From contig DF237001.1 of assembly GCA_000708835.1 (NCBI GenBank), positions 205,790 through 269,789 of the forward strand: DNA of 64,000 nt. Reading direction: 5' to 3'. This document shows positions 12,601-24,246 of the stretch, piece after piece. Position 1 is the stretch's first letter, and each line of letters opens with the position of its first letter. Source of the stretch: Klebsormidium nitens. Its lineage: Eukaryota > Plantae > Klebsormidiophyceae. The notes below the pieces were generated by a model. That model was not told the origin of the DNA. It worked only from the letters and a program-made list of their open reading frames with translations, and made no database searches. The translations under genes were made by a program, and so were the position numbers.

Positions 12601-15600
12601 GACACAAGAATGACTTAGGAGTTCGGTTTGCATCTGTACAGGTTCGAGTTGCAGGAGGGGCTACGGAAGCAGTCCAAAGAGGCTGAGTTGAAACCTCCGA
12701 ACCGGGTGGACTTTCTGCTCGTGGAGCAAGCGGCGACGAGCAAGGAAGGCTACGAGGTCTTCTTCGTGGACGTTCGGAACAGGGTGAGTCGCTGGGCTGA
12801 GACTGGCTATCAGCCTTCACACACGTTCGATGCGGAGCCGTGTCTAGAGCAAATTTCCAGCGTTCGCTTCGACTGGATTAGGTCCCCGGTTTCTCCCAGG
12901 CGGATGGCGGAGCAACCTCGGAAGAAGACGATATATGGGGAATGAGGAAATGCCGGGGTGTTTGGCTGCGTCGTCCTTTTATCCATCTTTCTCAAGGAAG
13001 ATATACGTCAAGCCAAGATACTAAGCCTTCGCTCTCTTTACCGATTTCAGAATGCTACAAGCCAAACCCAGTGGAGTACCCGTGCTCCACCCCCCGGACC
13101 CACTCCGAACCCCAAAGTAATTCTGCAACGTCCATTACGGGGTTCTCAGTGCCACGTTAGCTTACTGTTCTTTCTCTTTGATCGTTCTTTCATCCCGTGT
13201 GTTGCAGGAGGGCGCGCCGCCCACCCAGCTGCTCCACTCATGTCAGGCAACGTGTCAGCCCGTCATTCGGCGCGTGCAGGGGCGCCCGACTGTCGACATT
13301 CAGACCGCTCAGAGGGTGGAGCAAGGCCAGGAGCTGACGCTCAATTACACGTGCTACACGGACTCCGACGACGACGTCACGCGGAACGTAAGCGCCCAAA
13401 AGGAGACGTTACCAGCAACTACTTCAGGACTGGCTCGTGCATCGAAAGAAGTAACTGGCAGCGCGGCTGCGAATAGGAGATAGTGGTCGTTTTCCGTCGG
13501 TCAAAAAATACATGTTTCGTATGAGTGACTCTCTCGGGCCCCGGTATGACCAAGTTGCCGCCCCGTTTCCATGCGGATCTGAATGTACAGTTACACGTTG
13601 GAGCTTATTGTTTGTGGAGAAGTATACTGTCACAATACCCATGGCACTACAATTTTGAAGAAGCGGAGCAAGTAGCAGCGGACTACAGAAGCAGCCAATC
13701 CAACGGCGTAAGCGATCCGAGGCCCTGTTTGGTGCAGGTGTGCTTGTGCGGCATGCCTGCTTGCCGGGGCTCGTGTTTCGTGCACCTGGGACGAGGCCCC
13801 GCCACCGCTGTCCTCAACGAAACGCACTCGTTGCCCGACCGGCTCGCGGTGCTGCTTCGAGCGGTAGGTTATGTGACGAAAAGGAGATATTGGCGAATGT
13901 GACTGACGTCACGTTTCCAAGCAGGCGTTGGTTTATGTTCGAGGCTCTCTGTCGAGGAGTCTCAGTTGTGACTAATTGGCTTAGGCGCCTGGCAGTCACC
14001 GCGCACCCTTTTGGGTGACGTGTCTGACAATCTCTGGTTATAGCGCTGGCTCCCTGACACTAGTCAGAATATGGCGAGCTGCAATGCTGTGGCCAATTGA
14101 GTTGGTGCACCTTTGTCCTGATTCTGGGCAGAGAGCGTGTAGCATTTCGATCAGGATTGCTCGACGAAGTCAAGATGCGCGGAAGCACCTCACAGTGACA
14201 CGTAGAATGTTTCTAAACGGTTCAGTGATGCCAAAAATCAGAACCGCTCGCTTACGTCAGCATGACGTCACTTTCTGCAGAGCTCTGAGGACCTGACGGC
14301 GGCGGAAGAGGAGTTGATAGTCGGCCACGGCTTTGGGCCAATGCTGCCGGACAAAGGGGACGGTCACGCACCGGCGTGGCTCCGAAAGGTGCGCTCGATC
14401 ACTTGCAGACTCTTCTTTACCACCTAGTGTTCTTTTCGTTCACCACCTTTCGAAGCTGGTAAAAGGAGCCGCGCATCTCCGATGGCATGTTAAGCCAATC
14501 CAGTTCCCGACCGCAATCTGTTAGTATGGAGGGAAGGAGAACGGGGCCTCCCGGATGGTCAGTTTTGAGGACTCCTCGGCTATAAACTTGCACATTGACG
14601 ATCTAGAGAGCTCTTCCTGTCAAAGTCAACCGTCGATCCCCTGGGGGTCATAGTCAAAGGGGACCTTACGAGGGTTGGCCGGGAGTCCACGTCCTCCCTA
14701 TGTCCGTGCTGAAATGCTTCGGGAGTGCACAGGGGCCCATGACAGGCAGACACGGACCCACCTTCAAGCATAGATCACCTAAGCATACAAAGAAGACTTC
14801 AGCTTTCGAAAGAATATCAGTCATTCTGTCGTAGACCTTGGATTTAGGCATGCCGCAGCCGATGATCCATGTCAGCGATCCCTTCCGCGTAGACAGACAA
14901 CGTCCTCTTTCTGAAGCTGTCACACGATTTATTGTCTTCCGGTCCCGTGTTTGACCGCTGCTTGTGTGGGCTTCGCCAGTGGGCGGCGCTCGCGCTGGGC
15001 TACATCGAGCGCGAGCAGGAGCTGGTGGCGCGCGCGTTGCAGGGCCCGGAGCACGGCTACAGCAAAAGCGTGGCCGCCGCGGAAGCGAAGCACCTCCTGC
15101 CGCTGCGCCTGCAGGTACGGCCGCAAAGACAGTTCGTCTACGACCGACGCTGAGAAGCTTGCTTCTGCAGGGAGTGTTTCGAGTCTGGCGGCTGATTTTG
15201 GCACCATTTCGGCCTGAAGATTGAGTGGGAAGCGCAGTCTTTGAGTGAGAACGTGACAAAACTTCGATGAGTTCAGGCTGTACTCTTGCAACGAGGCTGT
15301 CCAATCGGAATACTGGTATTAAAGTGCTCAAAGGCCGCCATTCCGAGCCCAAAAGATCTAATCTACGTATTTGAGGCTCTCAAGAAGGTATAGCAAGCGC
15401 TATTGTGAGCACAGTGTAGAGTTTCGGTGTAACTGGTCAATTACACCCATTGCTGGCCAGGTTGGCAACTGTGCAAGCAACCCGCCCGCTGATGAGACCC
15501 CCAACCTCTTTGCGAGCGCCCTGCTCGTCGGACCGGCTCTCGTATCACAAATGTCGCGCGTCTCCAAAACCGGACCCAAATAAACCAACTGCTTGCCCTC

Positions 15601-18600
15601 CTTCCCCCAGCACCTGTACATCACGTTGGACCGCGTCCAGCACTGCCTGGCGGGCCAGCCGCCGGACGTCCGCGAGCGGCCCCCCCTGCGCGCGCTCAAC
15701 GCGGGCGAGGTGTGCGAGTACCTGTGGACGGGCCGCCGCTCCGTGGGGCGCTGCCTCGTCGGCCGGCTGGCCCCGGTGCTCTGCCCCGACTGCACCGCAC
15801 GGGGCAAGGAGAGGCTCAAGGTATGGGCGGGGCGTGGTTGGGACTCGTTTGCTCTTCTCACGGGGCACTTCGGTGATGCGCCATCTGAGCGGAAGGACGG
15901 GCGGTGTGGGGGCGGAGGTTTTCGGAGAGCTGATTCGCAGGACTCTTGTGCTGTCGCGTCTATTGTGCTATTTAGGATGCTAACATTACGGCTCGTGCAC
16001 GTAGAGACTGTTTTGTAGATGTTAGACTAGGAGATGTTGATTCGTCAGTCTTTCCACTTTCTTGTTCCCCTTGGTTGACGTTTTTCGCATTGAAACCCGC
16101 TCGAGGAGCCTCGCAGAAGCAAAAGGTAGTGTCGAGAGAGTGTACACTGTTGTGACGTCATCAGTCTTGCGCTTGCAGCTGATCCAGCACCCCACTCCGG
16201 GCTGTGCCGCGCTCCACCGCGCCTTGCGGACGCCCTCCACGTCGACAGGGGAGTCCCCCGCTGATGTCATCAAGGCAGCACTGAACCAGCTAGCAGCTGA
16301 TGTGAGTTGCACTTCAGCAGCACCATCCGCCATAGTAAAAAGGTCACTTTTTCAAGAATAGAAGTGCAACGTCACCCGTCACTTACGTCACATACACGTC
16401 ACAAAGATGCACTCGTCACATATGTCACACACCCGCACACGTCACTCTTATTTCCCCGTCCCTCGCGTCACACCACCAAACACGTCTCGATGCAACGTCA
16501 CACACGCATCGAAAAACCGTACGTCACATACTTCACAAGTCACATCAATGTACCAAAATTCCGAGCTGAAGATCTTGCGTGAGAATCTTTGATAGCGCGC
16601 TTTAGATGGAAAGGACACCTTGAAGCCGCTCGGAGTTTCGTAGTGGCAGTCAGGCGGGTACTAAGATTGAGGTATCATTCCTGAGTACGTGACTTCCCTG
16701 ATCTCTGTTTCTAATCATCAGCACCGTCAGCACCGATCCAAAAGGTCCTCCTTTGCGCACCAAATTGCGACGTCACAGGTCACACAGGTCACAGGTCAAA
16801 CACGTCACATACACGTCACATATACGTCACACACGTCACACGTCACTCAGGCCATACACATTTCAAAGCGACGTCATACACACGTCCTACACTCGTACGT
16901 CAACACATCAAATGTTGCATTTCACGTGTATTTAAATTTGAGACCCCGAGCTTAAGATCTTGCGTGAGGATTGTAAATTTGCGCCGTTTACGGAAAGGAC
17001 ATCGTGGAGCCACTCGGGAGTCACGTCGCCGACAGTCAGGCGGGTACCCGGGATCAGACATCAATTTTGGATTTCTTTGAGATACATTAAGATTATTTAT
17101 CGCTGAAATCACACCAATATTGCAGGGATCAGTTCAACCGCGCTTTCTATCTAATTGCTTCGGTGAGAAGGATGGATGTTTTTGGGTAGATGGAACTATC
17201 AGTCAGTCTAACTTAACGTACTTACTACTGACTACGGTCCGTCTGGACTGATTGCCCACTGTGTTTGCGCCTTCCGTCTCAAATTGGCTCTCATAGGGTA
17301 CTGAAAATGCTTGACGTCTTGGCTTGCACTTCTCCTATCTTCAGATCAGCGCCTTCGAGTCGGACGTATGCGTCGCCGCGCGCGATCTGCTCCGCTTCTT
17401 GACAAGGTAAGCTTGCACTTTCGGCGGTGCTATGACGCTCCTTTTCCACGCCCTTGACCGCCTGTGTCAAGCTGGCAAGCTCCAACAGTATTGCACGCCT
17501 CTCGCATTTCGTCCCTCTTCTTTTGGACGGCGGTTCCACAGCACAATGTAAGTCTGGTAATTGGCAAAGGCCCTGCATTCAGACGCTAAGGGGCCTTTTG
17601 CAGCATGCGAAAGATTCAGAAACCTCGACGCTGGGCCACTGTCTGGATGATTGGGATTATTGAGAAGACGGTAGTCGTGCTTAGATCCCAAAGCGACGGG
17701 GATCGCGACTTTGTGCAGGTGGAGAATGCGGTAGCTTGGCGGGTTGCTACCGGATCCTCCACCGTACTTTCACGCGCCTTGGCTTCGGCACTAGGACGAC
17801 CCCCAGCCTATTCTTACTGGGGGGAAGCGTCCGTTGTGTCCATTTTACTTGCCCAATCCAAGCGCCTATTGCCGGGGATATCGTGCAGCCCGCTCTCTAA
17901 AACTCTGAACTTACTCCCCCCTGCAGCACCGAGACCTTCATCCAAGCGCACCGCTACGATCCCGTCACCTCTGCCCCCGTCAGCATCCCCGTAGGTGACG
18001 TCAGCGGCGCACCCCTCTCGCAAGCTGGCCCAATTCCCCAATTGCCGCAACCAGAGGCCTCGGGACGGCTTACTGGATCGGAACTACGGCAGTCGGAGCA
18101 GGGGGACAGTGTTCTTTCGGAAGGTGCCCCGCTTAGCACTGCGGCACAAAACGCTGAGCCATTTTCTAGCATTTCGAAACCCTCGGTTTCCGCTGCGGCT
18201 TCTCGCCATCCAGACAGGGACGCAACCAACCGGGATGCACCGGAAAGCGGGCTACCCGGGACTCGGGAAGGAAACGGGGCGACGATGCGGGCGCAGGATT
18301 TTGCGGGGGTGGCGGCTCGAAGCCGCGTGTCAGATGAGCTTAGAAAGAAAACGGCTGGAGCTTCGAGTAGCGACGGGGTAGACTCGGAAGAAGCCCACAC
18401 GGGTCCGTCGACGGGGCGAGAAAGTGCGCACGTGGCAGCAGGAGCGTCGGCGGACGGCGCGGCCCGGCCCTGTGTGGTATCCTTCACCAAAACGTACCCC
18501 GGGGAATACATCCTGGCGCAGCTGCTGTTTTGGCACCGGAACGCGCCCGGGTTCGATCCCGTGGCGGCGCTCGGGGAAAGTCTCCGGGGCACGTGTCTGC

Positions 18601-18728
18601 TTCCGGACGCGGAGTCGGTGACACGGCCCGCGGTGCCCGGGGAGAGGGCCACGTGGCTGCGGAAGCTGACGACGGAGCCGGGGGGGCCGTGGCCGTCGCA
18701 GTGGCGGTTCAAGGAGGACGCGTTGCAG
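6611..18728 (+). CDS. ATXR3/SDG2-like SET-domain histone lysine methyltransferase (divergent) with N-terminal BRK domain; terminal exon not resolved
   Basis: Exons 6611-8671, 9033-9154, 9594-9812, (possibly ~10114-10200), 10839-~11016, ~11540-11690, ~12225-12320, ~12642-12783, 13208-~13387, ~13737-13863, 14281-14388, 14980-15114, 15611-~15820, ~16180-16302, ~17345-17406, 17927-18728. Collinear matches to remembered ATXR3 blocks: GVDPFTRRGILDALP (GIDPYTHNLLLDSMP), WFELQEGLR (WFEKQDGIR), HSC..ELTLNY, VCLCGMPACRGS, LYITLDRVQ (LAVTLDKVR), KTYPGEYILAQLLFW (KTYGENYCLGQLIYW). Confidence 0.88.
6850..7230 (+). repeat. Purine-rich low-complexity region encoding an E/K/R charged helix (EREREKE...)
   Basis: GAGAGG/GAAAGG-rich DNA; translation AAALKEKAEVLKAK..KEERERERARERERELDQERE. 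Confidence 0.85.
8318..8428 (+). other. BRK domain coding segment
   Basis: ERVPVWEPVTGKRLVGEDGPRLRNLASWLLLNPGWEV fits the BRK consensus (rVpV.n..tGk.l.G..aP....L..WL..nPgw.v). Confidence 0.8.
16350..17050. repeat. Intronic imperfect tandem duplication (~385 bp period), each copy a GTCAC(A)-rich array plus a unique tail
   Basis: CCGAGCT(G/T)AAGATCTTGCGTGAG at 16561 and 16946; GGAAAGGACA in both copies; CAGTCAGGCGGGTAC at 16647 and 17033; dense CACGTCACA-like repeats at ~16365-16545 and ~16770-16905. Confidence 0.85.
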
Positions 18729-19899
18729 GTGAGGGGTTCTGGTTTGAGATGCAGGGTTCGGAGAATGGCGAATGGGTTGTGTTGGGGTGCGTTTGTGTGC
18801 GTTGCAACCCCGCTCGCATCGGTGAAGGTTCAGCAACGACTCAATGAAAAGGCCGACGGATCCCCTGGTCTTTGAGTGCGTCGCTCGAGGAAGCAGGTAC
18901 CAATGTTCCGTAAAGTACTCCTGATCCGCAGACTACAAACAAGCGGCCGATCGGGTTGGACGTTTCCGGAAGGCGAGACTTTGCGACTTCGGGAATATAC
19001 CTACTGTTTCGCCTGATGCATCTGATCTTCATTAACCCCCACGACTGCCCGAGGAAGTAACCCACCGTCGACTCCGTTGGCTTGCTAGCCTTTTATATCG
19101 CACAGTCCTGTTGATCCTTCTTTCCAAGTGCTGCCAATCGCTGCTTGCAACGTTTCTTAGAGGTTGCTCCTTCAAGGCAAGTGCGAAGTCAAAAGGCCAA
19201 AAGCTGGAGGCTCGTGGAGATAAGCTCGACACCAACGAGGTGCTTCCACCAATGCGTGTGTGCTGAAGAGCCACTGTTCCCGCACGTCGTTGATGATATG
19301 GTTTCCAAGCGGTCACCTTTCTGCATGTTCCTATGAATACGATCATTGGGTGGGTTTCTGAAACTTAGCTGCCCGTATTCAAGAAATAATAGGAGAATGG
19401 TTCTCGTGCAGATTGACAAGCCTCTCATATCTTGATCATGCGCAGGCAACTCTTGGGAATCCGCTCGTGGACGCAGCTATTCGCCGTCAGATCACGTGTG
19501 AAAGTGGGGCCTTGCTTCTGCCACCGCTGCTTCTTGACAACATATAAACGGGTCAACCCTCGCCTCATGTACGGCGGAGTCGTTCGTAAAAGCTGTTTTC
19601 GTTGATTCAAACGCCTTTCGAGTGGCTGACAGTAACTTAACGATCGAAAGGATGCCACGTCGTCCAGATGCGGATGGCACGCATGAGGTCTTATTCGATG
19701 TGAACTTCGTAAATCTTAGCCGAGTTGTAGTGAACCATTATACATCAACTGGGCTCGACCGCCTGAGCAGTCTTTGGCTTTCGGGGGCTATGTGCAAAGC
19801 TCCGCCACTTTTTAGTAGTTTGAGCAACGTTTCGGACGCGCATGTGCAGAGCCTATGCCTTCAGCGCGTTGCTCGCTATAGCCGCCATGAATCCGCTTG

Positions 19900-21700
19900 A
19901 GCCATGTAGATTTGCTGCGGTCTCTCATTGATAGCAGCCGAAGTATCAGATTGAAGCAAGAAGCATGCTCATGCTAGATGACTATAACGAGTCTCGACGG
20001 CGAGTGTCCGACTCTTGACTCTAGCCATTCATTCTCCGACCAGATCATGGCATCATACTATAGTTGTCGGGCCAGTGCATGCATGACGGATCGATCTAAC
20101 TAAGATTACCGTAGTCCGCGTTGCAGGCTGAACATACGGTAGTACTGTATGCTCAGGTATGCAAGCTTCGCTGGGCCTCTGTAGATACATCATACGTACC
20201 GGTGAATCGGATCAATGGCCCTTGCTGAGCCTGGTCGGGCTGGATACCATTTCCATTTTCGCCGCTTCGACGAAAATTACGTTAGATATGTAGGTCCTAG
20301 GTCCTAGGTCCTAGGTATACCGGTAGCCTTCAATGAATACGGCGCCCGACGGTGCGAGATTCGGATTTGCTGCATTTTCGAAAGCTCAGAGCCGTCGATC
20401 GGAATCCAATACATTTACCTTCTTTTCCCAAGAGTATATCTCAACCGTTGCGAACACTCGCGGCCATTGCATCGACGGTCCGATCCTGATTCCTGACGTA
20501 CCAAGTCGTATACGGCATACGTACATTGAGATCCTTGACGTCACCTTGTTTCGATACGGACCGTACGATTGCTGACCCCAAAATCATTGGAATTCCAAAA
20601 ATACGAACTTTGAAATAGGTACTGGTAACAATCAGTGTTTCTTCGATCCAAGTTCCGGTACTGTACCGTGTACGTACGCAAGTCCTGACTCCTGTCGGAC
20701 GCCGAGGCCTCTGGGCCGGCTCTGGCCAGCCGAGGCTCGAATATTACAGTGGCCGGTTGACCGGGATAACGGCCGTTAAAGTAGTACTGGTATCTTACAC
20801 GGTATGTACCTGTGGTACTACCGTGCAGCTTATAAATCCGCCTCGATCTTCTCAATTATATTGGAAATATGTTGAATGTATGATGACGTCAAACAATCGC
20901 AGTCAATCATGTACGGTGATTGTTTTGGATCGTTTCCAATATTAAGGCATCAACCGGGCGCCATTCTCGATCACGGGCGGTCTACCGGTATCCATATTAG
21001 GTATGGCCTGTTTTGCCGACGGGTTCATTGAATTGTTTGCCCGTTGCCTGCTAGCGCTCGGCGGTCGGAGTCCGGACTCCAGACCCGGGAATTGGAAATT
21101 TTAAGTTCCGGCCACCAGGTGGGTTGGCCGGAGACTCGGAGCTAGGTCGGAGCCAGGGCTTTTCTTGCTTTTGCTTTGCTTTTGCGCACCGATTATGGCC
21201 CGTACGTGCATACTTAAGGCTCGGCTGACGACAATCCATCATCACACGTGTGATGACATGCCTCTGCAGATTGAGCCCAGAGAATCCAGCTGGCAGAGTC
21301 CGATGTCAACAGGAACAACCTGCACCCGGTGTTCCGAACGTCGAACTCCGGTAGCAGGTTTGCTAGCTATAATCACGACCGTCTGCAAATGATGAGCTCT
21401 TTCTTACCAAATATGGGCTGCCTTTTCTAAAGTGGTGTCAGGAACTGGTCCCAACTACCTACCCCGGGGCCCGTCGATCGAACGAGCTTGGGGTATTAGC
21501 GCGTGTCAATCCGGTACGGTACTCCAGAGTCCAAATCTCGAAAGCGGGTTAGACATACGGACACGTCGAAACCATAAACCGATACCTGGTTCAGGCCGAG
21601 TCGTCGACCGAACGCTTCGAACCTAACCTAGAAGTTCTGGTCAAGGGTGGGTAGCGTACCGCGCACCTGTAGTAGGCACCGGTCTAACTCCCAAGGTCCT
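19900..21700. other. Intergenic palindrome-rich (GTAC/TACC/GGTA) island
   Basis: (TAGGTCC)x3 at 20291-20315, perfect 14-bp palindrome GGAGTCCGGACTCC at 21067-21080, many GTAC/CGTACG/ACCGGT; no recognisable ORF. Confidence 0.6.
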
Positions 21701-24246
21701 TTCCGTCCCTTTCCGATACAGGCATTTTTAACACCACGACTATAGTGGGGATGCTCCATTTCCGCCGGACGCGCATCCGTTTCACGGTAGTGTGCACTGT
21801 GCACTCAGCACTGTGCACGGCGACGTTTGATCCAGCATTTGTGGCCACTTGGTACCAGGAAGCATGCTTGCCCGTGCTCACTGCACTGAAGAAAGTGGAG
21901 AAGCGAGGCCTGCCTTTCGTGTCGCCTCTTCTGAGCCCCTCGGGGTTCCGCTCGCTTGTCTGATGGTGACCGGAACATCTTGCACATCACTGGCCAATTC
22001 GATAATACGATATCCGCCAGAACTATTGTTCCGGTCCGAGGAGTCCGCTGCTCGCATTAATTTGTCGTTGTCAGGGCGACCAAGGTTCCGATTTACATCT
22101 CTGGTTTGTCGGAAAGTGCGTAGCAATCCGGCACGGAAATGCCGAAGTCGTGACAACCGTCGTCCCAGCTCCTCATGCAACTTGCGAGTCATGGCGGCAG
22201 TCATGAATGCGGCACTCATGAAACCTTCGTGAGGAGTCAAGCGCATCGTTTGTTGCGGCAACCTCCTCTGCACCCTGCATGCCTCCTGGCCTTCTCTCCG
22301 TCAATATGCCCATGCCACACGGCGCGCCGCCAACCGTGCTGAGTGGGGCAAAAGGTGGGGGGGGGAAGCAAGTGGCCTAAACTTCAAGTTGGCGGGTAGA
22401 CTCCAACACTTTGACGAGGAAGGAGCTTTGAGCTGTGACCAGTGCGTAGCTGAGCTGTGCAGACAGGATCCTGCAAGTAGCTGGGCCTAGGACTAAGAGA
22501 GCTAGCTGGTGTGAGCTTTGTCTAGGGTGATGCAGGGTTGGGGCGTTTTTGAGCGAAGCCCAAAGCTGTCGGCTAACAGTCAGCTATGAAAGAGAAGACA
22601 GCCGGCATTACGTTTTAGGGAGAGGATTTTGCACGACCGAAGCTAGAGGGTTCAACTGCACCCTCATCAACGCCTGTTTTGGCCTTCACGGGGTGGCCAC
22701 AGGTGGAATGCAAGTGGAACAGGTAATGATGACATGCTTCCCCGCGTCACCCCTTCATTTGACCATTGTGGGCTTCGTTGACCATTCCGCCATGATTTCA
22801 AAATCAGTGTCAAAGTTGGGAGCTTCTCTGTTGTAGGGCCGATTTCTTGTTGAACTCTGAGAAACGCCTTCCAATCTGGAGCTATGCGTTGCATGTGGCT
22901 GTCTTACAAGCAGTTCAGAACTGGAGGTACGGCAAATGCAGGGTTTTAGTCAGGATGGTAAAATGCTGTCCAAATGCTGTCTTGTGGCGGGCTCCTATAG
23001 CACTCTTGGAACGGGTAAAGTACGGAGGAACTTCTGTAGCACTTGTCAGGTGGGCAAAGCAGCAGGAAAGTCACGCTTCTTTGCACAGTTGGGCTGCTTG
23101 GGCCCACAATCCCCTAGCATGTGGCAGCAAAAAGCCCCTTGTGCTTTTCCTTCGCGCTTTGGGTGGACACGGGCTTCGTGGATTCTGGATGCCATGTGCA
23201 TTGATGTCAGTGGCAGTCAAGCTCTGGACAGTGTAATCTCTGTCTACATTTGCTGTGACCTTGACTTTGACTTGGTTTCAGCACCATTTGGTCCATTTGC
23301 TTTTGTGGCGGTTACGTGTTTCGGAGCCTTCGCTGGCCAAACCCGTCCCTTGCTCGTTTCTGAATATTACCAACACAGAGTCGAACAACTTTTACCTGGC
23401 CGGGCTGCTTACTAATAATTATGGAGCCTCTCACTCTTGTTCCGGGGTTGAAGCCTAACACTTGGTCAGCTGCTGGTCACAGGAAGCATCTGCTTCTCGG
23501 ATTCAGCTGTTGAAGGAACCCGAGTGCCAGTCAACTCAATTGAGGGGATAATGCCAGAGAATAATTGGTAGTAATGGCAGGATCACAGGTGGTCATTTCA
23601 CAATCTGGTGGGATTCTACACAATTCGCGAGTTCGGCCGCGATGTGACAAGCAAATACCCCCTGCCCTCTCCTGCCCCATTATTCTGGTGAAAGGTGCTA
23701 GTAAAAGGGCCACGATTTGACAAAAAGGGGAGACACCTCATTTTGCATGAGCTTTGCCGTTTAATTCGAGTCCCCTTGCTTAAGTGATGCAGCCAATCAT
23801 CAGCCAATTTTGACCCCCATGCTTACCCAGCACAGGTGCCCTACAGGCTGGGTGGCCTGTTCAAAAGAGTTGCTGCATCGTCGCTTGTTGCCCACCTTTG
23901 CCCATCAGCATTCACAAAATCTCGGTTTAAGGAATCACCCTCCATTGACAGTCCCAAGATAGGAGGCAACCAGATCTGGTGCGTGCCTCATGCTGTGCAC
24001 GTTGCCTTGGCCCCACTGACCCGCCCTCATTGTCGCATGCAGGCTTACTAAACGCCCTGAGAACAGCTGTCTCTGAGAATACCACCAGCAGCCTCCATCT
24101 TCAGCACAGCATTGACTGGGGGCTGTCCGCTGAGCAAAAAAAGAGGGTACTTTAGAGTAGGCCCCAGCTTGCATCTCAGTGACAATTGGCCGGGCTGGCC
24201 CGAATGCTCCCCCGCCGGTGCCCCCCCCCATGGTGCGGGCAGTAAG

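Noticed and set aside
18729-19400. Candidate terminal exons of the SET gene (e.g. ~18930 and ~19160)
   Set aside because: None gave the expected FGSPM-like block, so the end is left unassigned.
20879-21300. TGATGA box-C-like motifs as snoRNAs
   Set aside because: No matching CTGA box D with a terminal stem at a suitable distance.
21745-22273. ORFs 21878-22273 (-) and 21745-21963 (+) as a transposon remnant or small gene
   Set aside because: No recognisable motif in any frame.
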